In this document: piece by piece, positions 23,486-28,105 of the stretch | Position numbering within the stretch: the stretch's first letter is position 1 | Layout: every line of letters begins with the position of its first letter | Assembly (NCBI GenBank): GCA_023136205.1 | Contig: JAGLRQ010000114.1 | Coordinates: 1 to 28,105 of the forward strand | Length of the DNA: 28,105 bases | Reading direction: 5' to 3' | Source: Candidatus Auribacterota bacterium | GTDB lineage: Bacteria; Auribacterota; UBA6266 | Notes under the pieces: model-generated | Seen by the model: the letters and a program-made list of their open reading frames with translations, nothing else | Told to the model about the DNA's origin: nothing | Database searches by the model: none | Program-made: the position numbers and the translations under genes

Positions 23486-23517
23486 AAATACTGTATCCCA
23501 CCTACTAAATACTGTAT
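23486..23517. repeat. Direct repeat AAATACTGTAT x2 with 21-nt period
   Basis: Read directly: aaatactgtat at 23486..23496 and at 23507..23517. A third partial copy, aaatac, is at 23521..23526. All lie between the pyk stop and its terminator hairpin. Confidence 0.9.
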
Positions 23518-23539
23518 ACGAAATACGATTCACGAGTTA

Positions 23540-24952
23540 TTACACCTTTACCATTTTAAGAGTATTAGCAGTTGCATCGTGATGAGCATCCCCGGATATC
23601 ATAACCAAAACCTGGCCTTTTTTAACAAGGCATTTGGTTAAAAGCTTACGGCGGCCTTCACTAATAAGTTTCGAATAATCCTTGTTCCCCTTTATAAGGA
23701 CCGGTATTACTCCATTATAGAGACATAGCCTTTGGGCAACCACCGGTGATGAAGCAAGAGCTATAATAGACGCGGTGGGTTTTCTTTTGGAAAGGTTCAA
23801 AGCTGTTTTACCTGTTTCGGTATAAACAACTATCCAGTTTGCTTTTGATTCTGCCGCTGCTTCACAAGCAGCATGAACAATAGAAAAAGCCAGGCCTGTC
23901 TTCTCGCTGTCAAACCCCGTTACAATCCGTGGTTCGTATCCGCTGGACTCTGAGTTAGCGGCAATTTTATTCATCATACTTACGGCTCTTACAGGGTATT
24001 TACCCACTGACGTCTCTCCGGATAACATAACAGCATCTGTACCGTCAAAAATAGCATTTGAAACGTCACTCACTTCCGCTCTTGTAGGAATGGGATTTTC
24101 TATCATGGATTCCATCATCTGGGTCGCGGTTATTACCGGCTTGTACATTTTATTAGCAAGGCTTATTAACCTTTTCTGCACCGGAGGAACCTGCTCCGCG
24201 GGAATCTCTGTGCCCAAATCTCCCCTGGCAACCATTATTCCGTCAGATAAATTTAAAATCTTTTCAATATCTTTCAGAGCTTCGCCTTTTTCTATCTTCG
24301 CGATAACAGGAATATCTATTCCCCTCCGCTTCATAAAAGACTTTATCATTTTAATATCGCCAGCCGAACGAACAAAGGACAAACCCAGGTAATCAACACC
24401 TATTTTGGCCGCGCAAATAAGGTCTTTTTTATCCTTAGCCGTCAGTGACGGAGAACTTATTTTTACCCCCGGGAGATTTATTCCCTTATGGTTTTTTATT
24501 ATGCCGCCGTTTATGACTTTACAATATACTTTTGTTGAATCCTTCTTTAAGGCTTTTAACTTTATGAGGCCGTCATTAACAAGTATGGTGTCATTCTTCT
24601 TAATGTCTTTGACAAAATTCTTATATATCGTGGGGATTAACCCTTCCTTTCCCTTAACATCACTGCCGGTTATAGCAACAATACTACCTCTTTTTATTGT
24701 TATATGGCCATTTTCAAAAATTCCAACCCGAATTTTAGGGCCCTGGAGATCTGCCAGTATGCCTATGGGCCTGTCAAAATACCCGGACACTTTCCTTATG
24801 GTTTTTACTATTTTTTCAGCTTCAGAATGTTCGCAATGAGAAAAATTAATACGGAATAAATCAACACCGGCTGAAACCATACTCTTTAATGTAGAAAATG
24901 TATGAGCAGCCGGACCGACAGTCGCGATTATTTTTGTTTTGATAGGCTTCAT
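23540..24952 (-). CDS. pyk: Pyruvate kinase
   Basis: 470 aa. TKIIATVGPA, RINFSH, GILADLQGPKIR, MVARGDLGTEIP, KPVITATQMMESM and DAVMLSGETSVGKYP are canonical pyruvate kinase motifs. No extra PEP-utilizer domain is present. Confidence 0.95.
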   Translation of the reverse strand: MKPIKTKIIATVGPAAHTFSTLKSMVSAGVDLFRINFSHCEHSEAEKIVKTIRKVSGYFDRPIGILADLQGPKIRVGIFENGHITIKRGSIVAITGSDVKGKEGLIPTIYKNFVKDIKKNDTILVNDGLIKLKALKKDSTKVYCKVINGGIIKNHKGINLPGVKISSPSLTAKDKKDLICAAKIGVDYLGLSFVRSAGDIKMIKSFMKRRGIDIPVIAKIEKGEALKDIEKILNLSDGIMVARGDLGTEIPAEQVPPVQKRLISLANKMYKPVITATQMMESMIENPIPTRAEVSDVSNAIFDGTDAVMLSGETSVGKYPVRAVSMMNKIAANSESSGYEPRIVTGFDSEKTGLAFSIVHAACEAAAESKANWIVVYTETGKTALNLSKRKPTASIIALASSPVVAQRLCLYNGVIPVLIKGNKDYSKLISEGRRKLLTKCLVKKGQVLVMISGDAHHDATANTLKMVKV

Positions 24953-25011
24953 AACGTATCCCCGCTTTAAATTGGTATTGAGTATTATAAAAGTTCAGTA
25001 GATGTGTTTTT

Positions 25012-25308
25012 TTAATTCAAATCCCAGCTAAATGCCTTTATGCCCTCTTTGCCGCGCTTTTTTCGAAGTTCCGCGACGCCGTTAATTATTTTTCCTGCTG
25101 TTTCATCTTCACAGGCAACATATATTAAATTGTTTTTGCCGGGCCATACATCATTCCCAAGCCTGGTTCCGGACAATTCGCCTTTGCCAAAAACCCCCTG
25201 TAACTTTGTGAAATAAGGCATACAGCAACGGCCTAAAACCTCCATCACTTCATCATCCATTGCCTCATAATAAACCACCATTACCATCTTTAATTCTTTT
25301 TCAGGCAT
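25012..25308 (-). CDS. Small transporter-associated protein, possibly PII/GlnB-like ferredoxin fold
   Basis: 98 aa. The predicted beta-alpha-beta start is KMVMVVYYEAMDDEVMEVLGR and the C-terminal beta-alpha is LIYVACEDETAGKIINGVAELRKK. It sits 11 nt downstream of an RND permease gene. It resembles small PII-like proteins found next to efflux pumps. The family assignment is from memory only. Confidence 0.45.
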   Translation of the reverse strand: MPEKELKMVMVVYYEAMDDEVMEVLGRCCMPYFTKLQGVFGKGELSGTRLGNDVWPGKNNLIYVACEDETAGKIINGVAELRKKRGKEGIKAFSWDLN

Positions 25309-25319
25309 TTAAATACTCC

Positions 25320-28105
25320 TTAGCTAATTATCTCCCGGTTATTTTCTTTTCGCATTTCAAATATAGCATATACCGTTGGAATCAGGAACAAAGTCACAAA
25401 CGCTGATACACTAAGCCCCCCTATCATAGTAATTCCTAACGGCTGCCAGGATTCGGAACCCTCGCCCCGGAAAAACGCCAGCGGACACATCGCGACTATG
25501 GTTGAAAGTGTAGTCATTAATACAGGCCTGAGGCGATCCCTGCAACCGCTGATTATAGAATCCTTCACGGAAAAAGCCCTTGATCTAAGAATATTGATAT
25601 AACTTATCAGGACTATGGCGTTGTTTACAACAATACCCATAAGCATAACGACCCCGAGGAAAGACATAACATTCAAAGTGGTTCCTGTAAGAATAAATGC
25701 CAGAAGCACACCGGTAAATGTAAACGGAATTGAAAAAACCACAATAAAAGGGTCCAGGAAAGATTCAAACTGCGCGGCCATAACCATGTATACAAGTATA
25801 ATTCCAAGAACAAGAAGTGTAAAAAGATCTTTAAAAGCTTCTTTCTGTTCTTCCGCCTCCCCTCCGAAATTTATAGCTACCCCTTCCGGCAAAGGCATTC
25901 TGCTGATTCCCATTCTTACATCCGCGACAACTTCTCCCATAGAACGATCGTGAATATTGCATTCAACCATCAAAACTCTTTCACGGTTTTTCCTTTCTAT
26001 TTCCAAAGGGCCTACTGTTTCTTCAACTTTTGCTATATTGCTTAGCCGTATCTGCCTGCCGGAATACGGTGAAATCACAATAAGATTTTGTATATCCTCA
26101 ATGCTCTGCCGAAAAGGCTCTTCAAGCCTTACCGTTATATCATAAGTGTTACCCTCTTCCCTGTAATTTGAAGCCACGCCTCCCTCGATATAAGTTTTCA
26201 ATGTCTGGCTGATAATGGTCATATCAAGCCCGAGAGAAGATGCTTTTTCCCTGTCAACTTTAATTATTATCTCCGGGCGGTTTATCTCACGTGAAATGCT
26301 TATATCAACGGCACCTTCAACATCCCTCATGACTTCCATAATGCCTTTAGCAACCTTATCAGTTTTTTCGAAAGAATTGCCAATTACTTCCACCTGAATG
26401 CTTTTGCCCCCGCCCCCGATAACTATTTGTCCGATAGGGCTGCCGGTAGATATCCCCAGCTTTACAACACCGCCTATTTTTTCAATTCTTTCTCTTACTA
26501 CCTGCGCAATTTCCCATATAGACCTTTTTCTTTTATCCTTTTTTACACATTTTACACCGGACTCGCAGAGATTATTCCCCATGTTGTGCCCGAGAGCAGC
26601 AGCTATCCCCGGCATCTTCCCGGATCTTACAAACATATATTTCTTCTCGGGGACTTCTTTTTCAAAAATCTCTTCTATTCTCGCGGCAACCTTATCGGTC
26701 TCTTCCACCCTGGTTCCTACAGGAAGTTCGGCAGTCACCCGCAAATCACCTGAATCTTCTTCGGCAAAAAAATCCGCTCCTATAAAAGGAGCCATTAATA
26801 AGCTTGTAAAAAAAATAACCGCAAACGCGAACGCTACAATGCCTTTATGCTTTATGCAAAATTTAATCAAAGACGCGTATATTCTCTCGATAGCCGTAAA
26901 ACTTTTTTCAGAAGCATTATATAATGATCCGAAAATTAATTTCTTCCCTGATTTTTGAGCGGAAGGTTTTATCCATTTTGAACACAGCATCGGGGTAAAC
27001 GTGGCACAGGTAAAAAGGGCCCCAAAAAGCGTAATTATAATAATGGCAGCCAGCTCGCCAAACATGATTCCTACCACTCCCCTTACAAAAAGCAGCGGCG
27101 CAAAAACTACAACCGTAGTTAAGGTGGAGGCAGCCACCGCAAAAAATATCTCCATAGTGCCATATATTGCCCCTTCTCTCGGACGCTCCCCCCTGGCCAC
27201 ATGCCTGGTAATGTTGTCAACAACGACGATTGCGCCGTCAACCACCATGCCGAGAGCTATAACCAAAGATGAAAGGCTTACTATATTTATGGTCTTATCG
27301 GTCATAAAAAGGTATATAAATGATAAAAGAAGAGAGAATGGTATTGTAAAAGCAACGATAAGGCTTGACTTAAAACTCCTCAGGAAAAACCAAACAACCA
27401 GAACTACAAGCAAAATCCCGTACCAGAGGTTTGTTTTAAGTGTGTCGATAGATGTAACAATGTCCGCGGAAGTATCAAAAATAATTTTAGCCTTAACATC
27501 AGGCGGAAGTTTTTTTATCAGTTCATCAAGCCTTTTTTTAACTCTCCGGGCAACCTGAACTGAATTCGTTCCCACCTGTTTCTGCACCATAAGAAAAAGG
27601 CCCGGGTTTTTATCAACCCTTACATGCATATCCAGCTCTTTGAACCCGTCTTCTATTCTCGCGACATCTTTAAGATATATGAGTTTTCCGTTTCTTTCAC
27701 CCAGCGTCACATAATTAATCTCCTCGGGATTTTCAAATTCCCCGGGAATCCTTACAAGATAATCCGTTAGCCCCGTCTTTACATTTCCAACAGGCTGGGT
27801 AATATTTTCACGCCTTAAGACATCCTTAATATCCAGAACCGAAAACCCATATCCCTCAAGCTTTTGTCTGTCAATCCATATGTTAATCTGCTTCTGGAAC
27901 CCCCCGTACAGCTGAACAGTACCTACTCCGGGAAGCTGCTTCAGCTGATCAACTATCCTGTTATCTACCATATCGTAAAGTTCTATATAAGATTCATCTC
28001 CCTGGATCCCAATCTGAAGTATTGGAATATTTGCCGTGTTAAATTTAAAAATAAAAGGGTTTTCCATTTCGTCCGGTATGTCCGGAAGAAATCTTTTTGC
28101 CAGCT
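25320..28105 (-). CDS. RND superfamily efflux permease (AcrB/CzcA-like), 5'-truncated by the window edge
   Basis: The reading frame stays open from 28067 to the window end (my translation is ...LAKRFLPDIPDEMENPFIFKF...). The tracked 915 aa is about 100-130 aa shorter than typical RND permeases, so the ATG at 28067 is internal. The TM4 motif is ALGMVVDGAIVVVDNI (D-G as in CzcA-type, not the AcrB-type D-D). There are two six-TM bundles with large periplasmic loops. Confidence 0.9.
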   Translation of the reverse strand, partial: LAKRFLPDIPDEMENPFIFKFNTANIPILQIGIQGDESYIELYDMVDNRIVDQLKQLPGVGTVQLYGGFQKQINIWIDRQKLEGYGFSVLDIKDVLRRENITQPVGNVKTGLTDYLVRIPGEFENPEEINYVTLGERNGKLIYLKDVARIEDGFKELDMHVRVDKNPGLFLMVQKQVGTNSVQVARRVKKRLDELIKKLPPDVKAKIIFDTSADIVTSIDTLKTNLWYGILLVVLVVWFFLRSFKSSLIVAFTIPFSLLLSFIYLFMTDKTINIVSLSSLVIALGMVVDGAIVVVDNITRHVARGERPREGAIYGTMEIFFAVAASTLTTVVVFAPLLFVRGVVGIMFGELAAIIIITLFGALFTCATFTPMLCSKWIKPSAQKSGKKLIFGSLYNASEKSFTAIERIYASLIKFCIKHKGIVAFAFAVIFFTSLLMAPFIGADFFAEEDSGDLRVTAELPVGTRVEETDKVAARIEEIFEKEVPEKKYMFVRSGKMPGIAAALGHNMGNNLCESGVKCVKKDKRKRSIWEIAQVVRERIEKIGGVVKLGISTGSPIGQIVIGGGGKSIQVEVIGNSFEKTDKVAKGIMEVMRDVEGAVDISISREINRPEIIIKVDREKASSLGLDMTIISQTLKTYIEGGVASNYREEGNTYDITVRLEEPFRQSIEDIQNLIVISPYSGRQIRLSNIAKVEETVGPLEIERKNRERVLMVECNIHDRSMGEVVADVRMGISRMPLPEGVAINFGGEAEEQKEAFKDLFTLLVLGIILVYMVMAAQFESFLDPFIVVFSIPFTFTGVLLAFILTGTTLNVMSFLGVVMLMGIVVNNAIVLISYINILRSRAFSVKDSIISGCRDRLRPVLMTTLSTIVAMCPLAFFRGEGSESWQPLGITMIGGLSVSAFVTLFLIPTVYAIFEMRKENNREIIS

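Noticed and set aside
23486-23517. TACTGTAT repeats as LexA/SOS boxes.
   Set aside because: Only CTGT half-sites are present, with no ACAG partner at N8 spacing. They lie downstream of a housekeeping gene, not in a promoter.
28067-28069. ATG at 28067 as the true start of the RND permease.
   Set aside because: The frame stays open to the window edge and the upstream residues (LAKRFLPDIPDE) continue the RND-like sequence. At 915 aa the product would lack TM1 and the first part of the periplasmic loop.
1-28105. Search for CRISPR arrays, tRNA or rRNA genes, IS elements, integrases, terminal inverted repeats or prophage genes.
   Set aside because: I saw no spaced direct-repeat arrays, cloverleaf-like segments, transposase or integrase-like ORFs, or flanking repeats by eye. 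Intergenic space is too small (240 nt at most) to hide such elements.

Overview
AT-rich bacterial window, probably from an uncultivated, metagenome-type genome; I cannot assign taxonomy by eye. No rRNA, tRNA, CRISPR array or mobile element is visible. About 21 kb (137..21458) is one co-directional minus-strand gene array with gaps of 111 nt or less. Read in the direction of transcription it has three parts. (1) A sensory and regulatory block: a triple-PAS protein, a Cache-HAMP-PAS-PAS histidine kinase, a CheY-like receiver, an ECF-type sigma factor, a zinc-finger (HxxxCxxC) anti-sigma factor and a REC-REC protein. (2) A tight seven-gene glycosylation block: a B12-binding radical SAM enzyme, an STT3-like GT-C paralog with C-terminal TPRs that lacks WWDXG, a bona fide STT3/PglB/AglB-type oligosaccharyltransferase (WWDFG present), a membrane-anchored polyprenol-phosphate-type GT2, an ArnT/PMT_2-like GT-C, a GT2 fused to a radical SAM/SPASM domain, and a soluble GT2. 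(3) A short MerR-like HTH protein, an ExeA/GspA-like AAA+ ATPase, a GspB/ExeB-like bitopic protein and the start of an exported protein. To the right lie a diverging ParB/Srx-like plus metallophosphoesterase pair, pyruvate kinase with a clear intrinsic terminator, a small PII-like protein and a 5'-truncated RND efflux permease. The most interesting candidate is the glycosylation block. It combines an N-oligosaccharyltransferase with two further GT-C enzymes and two radical SAM enzymes. The window holds no flippase, no initiating phosphoglycosyltransferase and no acceptor protein. All family calls rest on motif recognition by eye and need HMM or structure confirmation.
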